A stretch of 46,220 nucleotides of DNA from Candidatus Bathyarchaeia archaeon (GTDB lineage Archaea > Thermoproteota > Bathyarchaeia > Bathyarchaeales > Bathycorpusculaceae): positions 1-46,220 of the forward strand of contig JBEKGO010000021.1 in NCBI GenBank assembly GCA_050012755.1, given 5' to 3'. The notes beneath the pieces are model-generated. The model was given only the letters and a program-made list of their open reading frames with translations, was not told the DNA's origin and did not search any database. The position numbers and the translations under genes were made by a program. Shown piece by piece: positions 28,353-36,819 of this stretch (its first letter is position 1; each line of letters begins with the position of its first letter).

Positions 28353-30263
28353 TCAAAATATCTTCTCCACAATAACAGGCTCGACAGCTACAGGAGTTGT
28401 CTTTGAATACATAAAGTAGGGCTTGCTTGGATTAAGTCCAGAGTAGACAATTATCCAGTCATTACCCTTGTTATCTATCGCTTCAAAATAGCGAGTTCCA
28501 TATTCGTTAGTTACTTCTTGGGTAACCCTAATCAGCGCTGGATACAATTTTTCTTCTTCAATGAGTTTACTAATTTTTTTAAGTTTAAAGATTATATCAA
28601 AACATGCTTGCCGAGTAGGTTTTTTACCGTTCACACTTTTTGTGTGCGCAAAGGAAGAAGAACGCCAAGGGGAAACTAAATCTAATAAATTGAAAATATC
28701 ACGACTCACAAAATTATCCCGGCTAAATATTTTAACATATTCATTTTTTAGTTCGGTATCTTTATGAATTTTTTCGGTCAGTATTCGCATTAATTTAATT
28801 CGTTCTCCAAAAGTCAGCTTGAAGAATGGTTTGCCTACTTCCAAAGTATGTACGATATGATTGATTTCTGCCTCCACTTCCGAAGGTTTTCTTTCTCTAG
28901 TTCGCACTTTCCAGAGTACAACAATGTAAAAATATGAAAGATCTTGTAGAACTCTTTCCATTTCTCCATAAGCATCTGACATCACACTTGAAATCTCTTC
29001 GTATTTATGGAGACGAGAAATGCATTCATCGAGTAATCGATCAAATTCCGCGAGTCCTGTAAGTAAAGGAGGCAAATTAAAGCCAAGCTTGAGGATAATT
29101 AGTTGCACTAACTCAGTTTCGTTGCTTATTTTCAGCGCAGCTCTAATACCAAGTTCTTCTGCTATATTTCGCAAATTGATTACCCCAAAATTTCTTAAGA
29201 TTTTCTCTGGTGTTTCTCGTATACAATACCCAAGAACTCTCAGCGAATAGGTGCCTTGGTATTTTTCAAGGTCAGGCTCTAAATATTTGGGGTCAGATTT
29301 TCTTTCGACTAAATCCGCAAGCTCTTTACTAGGTGTTCTTAACCAATCTGAGAGTTTCTTAAATATTCCATAAGGAGTAATTATCCAATCAGAAAAAGAG
29401 TAAGGAAAACACTCATAGAATCTTTGAACTTCAGGAGCTTCAACATAACCCTCCACGATTAAGCAATTAATAACGTCACAAATGATGTCGTCATTAAGGT
29501 ATGTCTCAATTAACTGTAGACTCTTAATCGAGCGCAACTCTGCATTTTTTTCATTAGCTACTGCATTCAAGTTAATTTTTAGCTGATTATCAAACTCTTG
29601 CGGCAGATTTTTTTCTTCAGAATCTTTAGCAATAAGATTGATAAGGCTGTTCAAAATAACAATATGATGTTTTTTCTTAAACCTGTTTGCTATTATATCA
29701 AACGCCGGTGAATACTGCTCAGTCTTTCTCTGATAAGGCGATTTCAGCCAACCAAGTGCGCCCAGGGTTATTTTTTCATAATGAAGAGTATATGGAAGGA
29801 TTTCTTCTTTAAAAAGTTCAATCCAAGCTTCAGAAAAAATTTGCTCGTTGGAACTAAAGGCGATAGTATAAGCTGGGCTTCGTTTATCAATTTTACGAGT
29901 AATTTTGACTTTTTTTCCAACAATTCTTTCGTATAAAGGACCAAGTTGATGGGCCCAAAATGCTTCTGTGAGACCGTAATACAAAGCATCATAAAGGAAT
30001 ACACGAAGTTCAGCTTCTCTTTCGCTTGAAAGACCCAAGACAGACAGCAAATGGTCTTTACCAATTTTTGAACATATTTCATGGATTATTGGCTCGTATC
30101 CCTTGTTAACAACCTTTAGTCCAGTTTTCTCTGTAATAAAGTTTAAAAATTCTTGTTTATTGTGAAATCTTTTATGAAGATACTCTGCTATGGGAGAAAA
30201 TTGGCGTTCGGGAAGTTTTCTGAACTCAGCTATGGTAATGGGCATGCGCGTCTGCCTTAACAT
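28353..30263 (-). CDS. Hypothetical 636-aa protein with possible C-terminal HEPN (Swt1-like) domain
   Basis: Long AT-rich ORF; EMERVLQD...KLTFGERIKL...RSSSFAH (Rx5H). Confidence 0.6.
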   Translation of the reverse strand: MLRQTRMPITIAEFRKLPERQFSPIAEYLHKRFHNKQEFLNFITEKTGLKVVNKGYEPIIHEICSKIGKDHLLSVLGLSSEREAELRVFLYDALYYGLTEAFWAHQLGPLYERIVGKKVKITRKIDKRSPAYTIAFSSNEQIFSEAWIELFKEEILPYTLHYEKITLGALGWLKSPYQRKTEQYSPAFDIIANRFKKKHHIVILNSLINLIAKDSEEKNLPQEFDNQLKINLNAVANEKNAELRSIKSLQLIETYLNDDIICDVINCLIVEGYVEAPEVQRFYECFPYSFSDWIITPYGIFKKLSDWLRTPSKELADLVERKSDPKYLEPDLEKYQGTYSLRVLGYCIRETPEKILRNFGVINLRNIAEELGIRAALKISNETELVQLIILKLGFNLPPLLTGLAEFDRLLDECISRLHKYEEISSVMSDAYGEMERVLQDLSYFYIVVLWKVRTRERKPSEVEAEINHIVHTLEVGKPFFKLTFGERIKLMRILTEKIHKDTELKNEYVKIFSRDNFVSRDIFNLLDLVSPWRSSSFAHTKSVNGKKPTRQACFDIIFKLKKISKLIEEEKLYPALIRVTQEVTNEYGTRYFEAIDNKGNDWIIVYSGLNPSKPYFMYSKTTPVAVEPVIVEKIF

Positions 30264-30453
30264 TAAGAATATCAGATAAGCTATTTATGCTCTTATAATT
30301 AATGATACTTTAAAAAAGTAGTTTTGATTGTCATAAGAATCTGAGTTTTACTTTATCCACAAGATATGGAAGAAAACGCGAGATATCGCCAGCCAGGGTA
30401 CCAGGTATGTTCCGCTGAACAGTAGGCAGAGAGCGATGAATAGAGCGTTTTAT

Positions 30454-30505
30454 AAAAAAAGGTTTTTGCGGTTGACATCTTCACTTTGGCAGGGGTTCAA
30501 ATCCC
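30454..30505 (+). repeat. att-like motif copy 1 with tRNA T-arm
   Basis: AAAAAAAGGTTTTTGCGGTTGACATC-16nt-TTCAAAT-CCC. Confidence 0.7.
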
Positions 30506-30721
30506 AACGATGACTGCGGAGTAAGCAAGGGCACCACAAGTTCTTCCGTGTTTATAGCTGGTAACCACGAGCCTGCTTGGTGCAGCGAACTTTTCCGTAA
30601 ATCTACCTTTTCTAAGGGTCATCAATTTGCGTTCCAGTTGCTTTTCGGCTGAGCCAAGTTACCTTTCACCTAATGACCTTACAAGCCAGCAGGAGTCGGA
30701 CCTGCACCCAGTTTCTACCCG

Positions 30722-30877
30722 CTACTTGTGGCACCAAATGTGGGCTTTGACTACCTCAGGCGACTTTCCATCAGTGCAGAAAGGAAACTTTCCATGATGA
30801 CATTTGAGGTAAGGTGGAAATGGCTGACATTTCCCTTCAGCTGCGCGAATGAGTCTTCTGAGTTCTTTTTCACTCAT
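30722..30877 (-). CDS. 51-aa Cys/His-rich microprotein (putative zinc finger)
   Basis: Not in ORF track: MSEKELRRLIRAAEGKCQPFPPYLKCHHGKFPFCTDGKSPEVVKAHIWCHK. Confidence 0.5.
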   Translation of the reverse strand: MSEKELRRLIRAAEGKCQPFPPYLKCHHGKFPFCTDGKSPEVVKAHIWCHK

Positions 30878-30958
30878 GTAGGGTTCTTCAATAGTTCCTC
30901 TTATAACGACGATTTAAGAAACTTGCGGTGAGTTGGAAAAAAGTCAAGAAACTAACTG

Positions 30959-31017
30959 AAAAAGGGGGAAATGCTGAGTGAAATCCCGAGCCCATCGGGG
31001 TTCAATTCCCCCCCCGC
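30959..31017 (+). repeat. att-like motif copy 2 with tRNA T-arm/acceptor-like end
   Basis: AAAAAGGGGGAAATGCTGAGTGAAATC-15nt-TTCAATT, then a C-run ending in GC. Confidence 0.65.
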
Positions 31018-31100
31018 TTGAATGGTAGCGTAACTAGCTTTGTTTACTTTGTAAATAGGCTTATTAATGAACATAAATATAGAAAGATTGAGTCCTGATA

Positions 31101-32003
31101 GTGTTACCCGTTGGTCTTGCTGATCTCGTCAAAATAGTTCTCGAGGATTGGGATTGGGATCAGCTTCCCTCTTCGACTGAAGAAATATGGGATGCATTAT
31201 TGTATCCGTTGTTTCTTGGCGCAAACACTCGAAGCGCACAAGCCGCCTATGCAAAAAGAATGCTGGGCGATATGATAGAATTTAAGGTTGCACAATCGAT
31301 CCCAACTGATAGGTCGTGGAGCAAGAAGGCCTTAGCGATAGTTGACATGCAACTTGGCGGCATAAAAGGAACAGCTGGTGAAGGCCTCAAAAGAGCAATC
31401 CTAAACGCTACGAGACAAGAGATCGAGGGATTTAAGCTAAGTAGAACGATAGGGGATGCTTTGCTTTTCTTTGATAAGGAGAAACTTGATGTTGCTAAAA
31501 TTACCTCTCTAAGAAACAACAAGCTTGCGACGAAGGAATTGGTTGATCGTCTTGCGCACTCCGTTTTTGATGTACGCTATATAAAAGGGGTTTTGTGGCT
31601 TTATTCCTGCGGAATAGCAAAAGACCTTGTACCCCCCAATTCTCATGTGCTTAAGTTTCTTGACGAATGCGGTTATCCAGGGTTTGCTTATTCAAGAGAT
31701 AATCCCCGAGAGGACTGGGATATCTTTGCACCAGCCTGCAACTGCATGGAAGACGTAGCGAAACAGGTAAGCATAGAATTGCATCAAAGTGTCACTCCGA
31801 AACAAGCGCAGTTTGCTGTCTGGTATCTCCAAACATCCAGAGGATTGGTAGACTACCGAAAAAAACAACTTACGCCTCGCCTTTTAATCGAGTTTTTGGA
31901 TTTTGAAAGCATTTCATTTGATGAACTACGCGATAGATTAGAAGATATAGAAGCATTGGGGCAATTAGCAAATGATCTGAACGCCTTCCTAAAGGCAAGT
32001 TAA
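31101..32003 (+). CDS. Hypothetical protein, distant HhH-GPD/Ogg-like DNA glycosylase fold
   Basis: IKGVLWLYSCG..DLVPPNSHVLKFL...QFAVWY pattern resembles the Ogg2 family K...D-x-H...LWY pattern. Confidence 0.5.
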   Translation: MLPVGLADLVKIVLEDWDWDQLPSSTEEIWDALLYPLFLGANTRSAQAAYAKRMLGDMIEFKVAQSIPTDRSWSKKALAIVDMQLGGIKGTAGEGLKRAILNATRQEIEGFKLSRTIGDALLFFDKEKLDVAKITSLRNNKLATKELVDRLAHSVFDVRYIKGVLWLYSCGIAKDLVPPNSHVLKFLDECGYPGFAYSRDNPREDWDIFAPACNCMEDVAKQVSIELHQSVTPKQAQFAVWYLQTSRGLVDYRKKQLTPRLLIEFLDFESISFDELRDRLEDIEALGQLANDLNAFLKAS

Positions 32004-32250
32004 GAGGGTCAAATGGAAACGCGAAGAAATTTTTGTGAAATCAAGCCTATAGAATTGTGACTACGAGAATATTGATTTCTGCATCAACCGCATTATCGAC
32101 TTTGCTAAACATTAAGCAATAATTTTGATCAGGTAGTAGTGTCGAGTCTTCAAAGAACAATTCTCAATGACGTGGGAATCAATGATTGAAAGACTTCTGC
32201 AACCACCGCTGAATCCTTCACCGACCCCATCATAGTGATGGTGTAACCAA

Positions 32251-32745
32251 ATGCTTAATCAACGCGAAAACTATTCAGTAAGCCCTCGGTGTTATGACTC
32301 AATGGTTCGGGATTGGCTTAACCCGCCCAGAATTAAAGGAACAATAAGCGAGGTTGGAAAGGATTTTTGGTGCCCAAAATGCGAACGTAAGGTTTCAGGG
32401 AGAACTACCCCGCTTATTCATGAAACAAACGTTCATCTCTGTAGGGAACTCAGTAAAGCCAAAGGACATAATTATTGTCATGTGGGAAACTTGTGGAAAT
32501 GTAACCGATGTCAATTTGAAAGTCGGCACTTAGGTGAAGTGAAAGCACACCTTGAGGAAACTCATTATTATGAACTGCATCCCGACAAAGTTCCAAAATC
32601 AGAATTTCCGTTTGGCGGTCATTTGATATTTCTTGAACCGGGGCTTTGGAAGTGCAAGCATTGCGATTACAGGGGACGAGAGAATAAGGTGTTAAAGCAT
32701 GTCAAGGATGTACACAAACTTTGCATTGACTCCCAAGACACTTAA
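32251..32745 (+). CDS. Multi zinc-finger protein (C2H2-type)
   Basis: WKCNRCQF...VKAHLEETH and WKCKHCDY...VLKHVKDVH, plus WCPKC...HETNVH. Confidence 0.75.
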   Translation: MLNQRENYSVSPRCYDSMVRDWLNPPRIKGTISEVGKDFWCPKCERKVSGRTTPLIHETNVHLCRELSKAKGHNYCHVGNLWKCNRCQFESRHLGEVKAHLEETHYYELHPDKVPKSEFPFGGHLIFLEPGLWKCKHCDYRGRENKVLKHVKDVHKLCIDSQDT

Positions 32746-32813
32746 TGAGATGAAGTTGCTTTAACTCCAACTATGAAACTGGAACTGAGAAACAGTCTTA
32801 AACTACACAATAG

Positions 32814-32873
32814 AAAAAGAGGATTTTGGGGTGAAATCTCTCGCAGGGTGTAGGATCAAATCCCTTCCGGCCA
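32814..32873 (+). repeat. att-like motif copy 3 with degenerate tRNA 3' end
   Basis: AAAAAGAGGATTTTGGGGTGAAATC-16nt-ATCAAAT-CCCTTCCGGCCA. Confidence 0.65.
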
Positions 32874-33158
32874 AAAACTATAAAAAACTTTAGACCGCAG
32901 TCACGGCATAGGTAACGCTGAGTTTCCCCTGGCGAGTGTATCTTAGGTCATCTTGTAATTTCGTTGACTCCCACATTCGGGGCAGACTTTTTCTTCCAAC
33001 ATACATTCATCTCCTTGAATTTTTTTTGCTGAAATAAAGAAAAAGGGGTTTTGCAGCTAATTTGTTGAGGTTGCCCGCACTTGGCGAAAATCTGAGGGAA
33101 TTTTAATTAGCAAAATTTAAATTAATTTTCATAATATCATCTTTTAGGAGTATTCTGC

Positions 33159-33341
33159 ATGTCAAGAAGTCGAGATAGCGATGGAAGGATTAGACAATTT
33201 CGCGATGACGCTCAGATAGGATCGGTTGCTCCTGATATTCAAGAACATTTTGGGTACCGTTATGATAAAACCGTTGGGTCAGTTCTCGAAGAAAACGATG
33301 TTACGTCTGTTAGTGAGTTAAGAAGAAAGATAAACCGATAA
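33159..33341 (+). CDS. 60-aa hypothetical protein
   Basis: AGGAG SD upstream and a T-rich tract after the stop; RSRDSDGRIRQ...SVSELR. Confidence 0.65.
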   Translation: MSRSRDSDGRIRQFRDDAQIGSVAPDIQEHFGYRYDKTVGSVLEENDVTSVSELRRKINR

Positions 33342-33587
33342 TATCAAAGCGCATTTTCGCTTTTTTTCTATCTAGTATTTGGTCACTATTCAATGTATTG
33401 TCAGTTTTTTTCTGATAATGTTAATTTTTCAACTTTACAAATAGTTTGAAAAATCACCTTTTTTGCCCGTTTATGGCACTTGGAGATTTTTGCTGATTGA
33501 AAAGCATTCTATCAAAAAATCTAACAGCTGAACCGAGTTATGAGAGGTTGCTAATTCAACTTGAGAAAATAAAAAAGATTCCCGTTG

Positions 33588-34025
33588 TTAACTGTGCTCG
33601 CCAAAATTATAATAAATCTTCGCGACAAAACAGCCGTCAGGTTTGTCAATAGCAACTACTTTGAAGCCATTTTTTGTCCAGAAACGTCGGACTTTGCCAA
33701 CATCGTCCACAGAACTAATTTCACCTGTCACTCGTTTGATTCGGTTTTGCTTCAGATAGGAGAGAATATGCATGACTGTATTGCTTCCTATTCCTTGGTC
33801 TCTTAAACGATCTGATTCGATCTCTATATCGTTCCAATATGCTGTACAATTATCCAAAATTGAAACCGTAGTTTGGCCAATCTCCGCCCATTCCCCCGAA
33901 ATCAACGCCAGAATTTTAACAATGATTACATCTTCCCGAGCACATCTGAGTGAAAAATCTAAGACTCTGAGCTTGAGGTGTTGACTGAGTCCAATTTCAA
34001 AATCGATATAGTTGTTATCTCTCAT
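33588..34025 (-). CDS. GNAT family N-acetyltransferase
   Basis: DIEIE..RLRDQGIGS (motif A), RRFWTKNGF. Confidence 0.8.
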   Translation of the reverse strand: MRDNNYIDFEIGLSQHLKLRVLDFSLRCAREDVIIVKILALISGEWAEIGQTTVSILDNCTAYWNDIEIESDRLRDQGIGSNTVMHILSYLKQNRIKRVTGEISSVDDVGKVRRFWTKNGFKVVAIDKPDGCFVAKIYYNFGEHS

Positions 34026-34103
34026 GACAGATGCCTCAGCCAGTAATCAATCTAGTTCTATGATTTGCATCGTCGTTTCGTCTTATATAGTTAGGTTAAA
34101 GTC

Positions 34104-34769
34104 TCAAAAGGTTCCAGAAACTATTTTTGAAATAAGATTTGATGTTATCTTTACTGCGATTTCTACTTCGGACATTGTTCTTTCTCTAATCGCGTCAAAC
34201 TGTCCAGCGTCATATAGTTCCCAGACACCTTTTCCCGATTCCTTCTGCCCCAAGCCCAACCTTCCCATAAGGGCATTTGTTGTTTTCGGGTACATTGGGT
34301 AAATCCTCGGGTCATTCCTAAAAAGCAAAATTCCGACATCCCCCAAGTCAACAACCTTAGTCTTGAAGTAGGTTTCATACAGAGCTTCTTGAGTATCGAT
34401 ATTGTGCATCAAAGATCTCATGTAAAGGGTGGGGATATCATGCCTTGATATTCCAGTCCCGATTAGGATTAAGTCAGGGTTTTGGTCGGTTTTCTGTTCG
34501 ATCAGTTTCCAAGATGCCTTGAAGAAATCGTAAATTTCAAGAAGGGTAGTTCTTTCTTCCTCAGGCTTCCATTTCCAAATCTCTTTTGGGGGCTCAAGTT
34601 TATTCTGCAGAGGGAATTCACGGCTAAAGACTCCGCCCAAAACAAAATCACGCTTCTTGCAAGGATTAAATTTCATTGAACTCCTGCTCTGTTGTCTCTC
34701 ATTTGGTGGCACGTAGCACTCTATGTCGAAGTAGATTACTTCGGTGAATCGCGGGTCGAAGTTAACCAT
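34104..34769 (-). CDS. DEDD/RNase H-like 3'-5' exonuclease family protein
   Basis: YFDIECY (Exo I), GISRHDIPTL (Exo II), VVDL, IRERTMSEV (Exo III-like). Confidence 0.75.
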   Translation of the reverse strand: MVNFDPRFTEVIYFDIECYVPPNERQQSRSSMKFNPCKKRDFVLGGVFSREFPLQNKLEPPKEIWKWKPEEERTTLLEIYDFFKASWKLIEQKTDQNPDLILIGTGISRHDIPTLYMRSLMHNIDTQEALYETYFKTKVVDLGDVGILLFRNDPRIYPMYPKTTNALMGRLGLGQKESGKGVWELYDAGQFDAIRERTMSEVEIAVKITSNLISKIVSGTF

Positions 34770-34855
34770 GATATTTGATTTCCTTTGTTTTGACTTATTG
34801 ATTTTTGTTAAAAAAAACTGTTGATGATTTTTGAGATAGGAAAATTGCTCCTAAA

Positions 34856-34942
34856 TTACTTCGGAGCATTACCGCGACCCTTTCCTGATTTGCCGCCAGT
34901 TGTACTAGGATAGTTTGGGTTCCCACCCTTGCCTTTGCCCAT
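34856..34942 (-). CDS. 28-aa Gly/Lys-rich micropeptide
   Basis: Not in ORF track: MGKGKGGNPNYPSTTGGKSGKGRGNAPK, with strong SD GAGGTGA 4 nt upstream. Confidence 0.65.
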   Translation of the reverse strand: MGKGKGGNPNYPSTTGGKSGKGRGNAPK

Positions 34943-35045
34943 TTTCTCACCTCTGCCCATTGATCTCATGAGCCAATACTCTATTATATCGTACTAATCC
35001 ATAAAGTTTTTGTTGGTGACTGCCTTATAGACATAATGATAGCAG

Positions 35046-35741
35046 TTGGATAGAGAACGGCGCACTAATCCAGGCTTCCTTACAAACAACGAAACTGAAA
35101 GAGACAGAAAAAGAACAGAAGACTTTGTCAGGAGTATTACGAAACATACTTATCATTTATGTGATGCATGCGGCGTTCGCGGTGGAACTGGCCATTGGCA
35201 CTGCAAGAGATGTAATGCTTATTTTTGCTATAAGTGCGGGAAAGATTTTGCTGCATACCAAAACAAGGTTGCTCCCGATTGTCCAGCATGCGAAATAGAA
35301 TTGCACTCAGAAAGAGACTATCAACCATTTTCTGATGAGCAGAAAATACTCAGATATGTTACATCTACGCAGGTTACGGAAATTCGGAATAGAGGGGATT
35401 TGTTTGATCGGCTCTCTCGACTATTCAATAGAGACCTGCTCTATATTGAAAGCATATGGTCTAATCTTGCGCAACAGAACCCATCACTGATAAAACAAAT
35501 TACTGCCAAATTCAAAGATGAGGTGCTAAAACAACATTACGAACGAGCACAATTCGAAGCCCTTCATCCTGAGCATAAGAGTGAGAATCTAATTGTTCCT
35601 GAACCTATTAAGCTCAAAGATGACGGGAAATTAGACATTAAGGACGCCAAACCTATTGATGGGCTTGAGTTCGAATGGAAGCAAGGAAAAATGAGCCCCG
35701 TAGACCAGAAAACCTACAGAAGCAAGCTTGATGAGCAATAA
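35046..35741 (+). CDS. Hypothetical protein with RING/PHD-like 8-Cys zinc domain
   Basis: CDAC...CKRC...CYKC...CPAC. Confidence 0.7.
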   Translation: MDRERRTNPGFLTNNETERDRKRTEDFVRSITKHTYHLCDACGVRGGTGHWHCKRCNAYFCYKCGKDFAAYQNKVAPDCPACEIELHSERDYQPFSDEQKILRYVTSTQVTEIRNRGDLFDRLSRLFNRDLLYIESIWSNLAQQNPSLIKQITAKFKDEVLKQHYERAQFEALHPEHKSENLIVPEPIKLKDDGKLDIKDAKPIDGLEFEWKQGKMSPVDQKTYRSKLDEQ

Positions 35742-35800
35742 AAAAAAGGGAAATGCGGGTGACATCTCCACTGGGTTGTCGGCTCAACTAAACCCCAGTC
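35740..35800 (+). repeat. att-like motif copy 4
   Basis: AAAAAAAAGGGAAATGCGGGTGACATC-16nt-CTCAACT. Confidence 0.7.
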
Positions 35801-35830
35801 TCCATCGAAACTTTGAAAAATTGAAGGATT

Positions 35831-35894
35831 AAAAGAAAAAGAGGGGAGCTTGCGGGAGACATCGCCACTTTCTAGAGGATAATTACTTATCCCA
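35831..35894 (+). repeat. att-like motif copy 5 fused to the right 16-bp direct repeat (attR-like)
   Basis: AAAAAGAGGGGAGCTTGCGGGAGACATC-15nt-ATAATTACTTATCCCA; local dyad GGATA-ATTACT-TATCC. Confidence 0.75.
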
Positions 35895-35935
35895 GACTTT
35901 CAGGCTCTGTTCCGTAGAATACAGAGCCTTTTTCA

Positions 35936-36763
35936 TCATCGTCTAATCTTTATCGTACTCTGCTGCCACACTCTTTCAAATAGAAGCCGTTGCATGTATG
36001 GAAGCCCAGGAACCCGCAATGTCAAGCCAAGGCTTTTTGAATCGTCACTCTTGTTTGGAAAACCTACGAAAGCTTCCACATCATCTATGATGATTAGGCA
36101 AGAGGCCTTTGACATTATTGAAATCATGGGCGACCTAAGCTCTTTAAAAAACTTGTCGGAGTCTGGTGGAATTTTGTTTGCAACTCTTCGAAATTCAATA
36201 AAGTCCTCGTTTTTGAGGTTCTCGTCAAAGTGTTGTCCTGGCTGCAGTATGCATACGGATCGTGTTTTTACTTTTTTTTGTTGAGATTTGATTATAGAGC
36301 TGTTAGCTGGGCTTACTTCGGGTGGGTAAGGTTCCACTATTAGGATACTGGTTTTTGCAGAAGCAATTGTTAGTGAGGCTTTTCTCCTTATAGCCACGTT
36401 TCCTTTCACTGTCCAAACTAAATCCTCATTGGTGTTTCTTCCTGTTTGGTGCATCTCAGCAAGAAGTCTTGTGGCTTCATCGGCAGCATTAAGATACGAT
36501 TTTCTCATGCGGTCAACGAGAATTTCTGGTGATAGTGCATTATAGATAACTGGTCTGCCACTTTGAAACTCTACTGCGCCCATTCCAACCAACTGCTCTA
36601 GTATCTCATAGATTTTTGTTCGAGGCACACCTGAGGATCTTTGAATCTCCGCTACGCCCGAAGGACCCAACGATGCTAGGGAGGAAAAGACCCTTGCCTG
36701 ATAGACGCTCATGCCTAGCTTGCAGAGAGAGTGTGTAAGCTGTTCTTGTTGCTCAATACTCAT
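35936..36763 (-). CDS. TrmB family transcriptional regulator
   Basis: LGMSVYQARVF...SGVPRTKIYEILEQL...GRP HTH; divergent from the ABC operon. Confidence 0.92.
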   Translation of the reverse strand: MSIEQQEQLTHSLCKLGMSVYQARVFSSLASLGPSGVAEIQRSSGVPRTKIYEILEQLVGMGAVEFQSGRPVIYNALSPEILVDRMRKSYLNAADEATRLLAEMHQTGRNTNEDLVWTVKGNVAIRRKASLTIASAKTSILIVEPYPPEVSPANSSIIKSQQKKVKTRSVCILQPGQHFDENLKNEDFIEFRRVANKIPPDSDKFFKELRSPMISIMSKASCLIIIDDVEAFVGFPNKSDDSKSLGLTLRVPGLPYMQRLLFERVWQQSTIKIRR

Positions 36764-36819
36764 TAATGTCACTCCTAAAGTAACAACAAATCTATAAGCA
36801 ATCTGCAGCCTAATAACAG

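Larger units (their letters stand above)
27371..35894. mobile_element. ~8.5-kb genomic island without integrase, bounded by a 16-bp direct repeat
   Basis: ATAATTACTTATCCCA at 27371-27386 and 35879-35894. The interior holds orphan genes, gene fragments and low coding density; conserved-type genes resume on both sides. Confidence 0.7.

Noticed and set aside
30959-32873. Functional or split tRNA genes at motif copies 2 and 3
   Set aside because: No D-arm or anticodon arm and T-stems are imperfect. No complementary leader or matching 5' half is visible in the window.
30454-35894. CRISPR array or classical integron attC array
   Set aside because: Copies are degenerate and spaced 0.1-3 kb apart. 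There are no cas genes or intI, and no RYYYAAC...GTTRRRY boundaries with long dyads.
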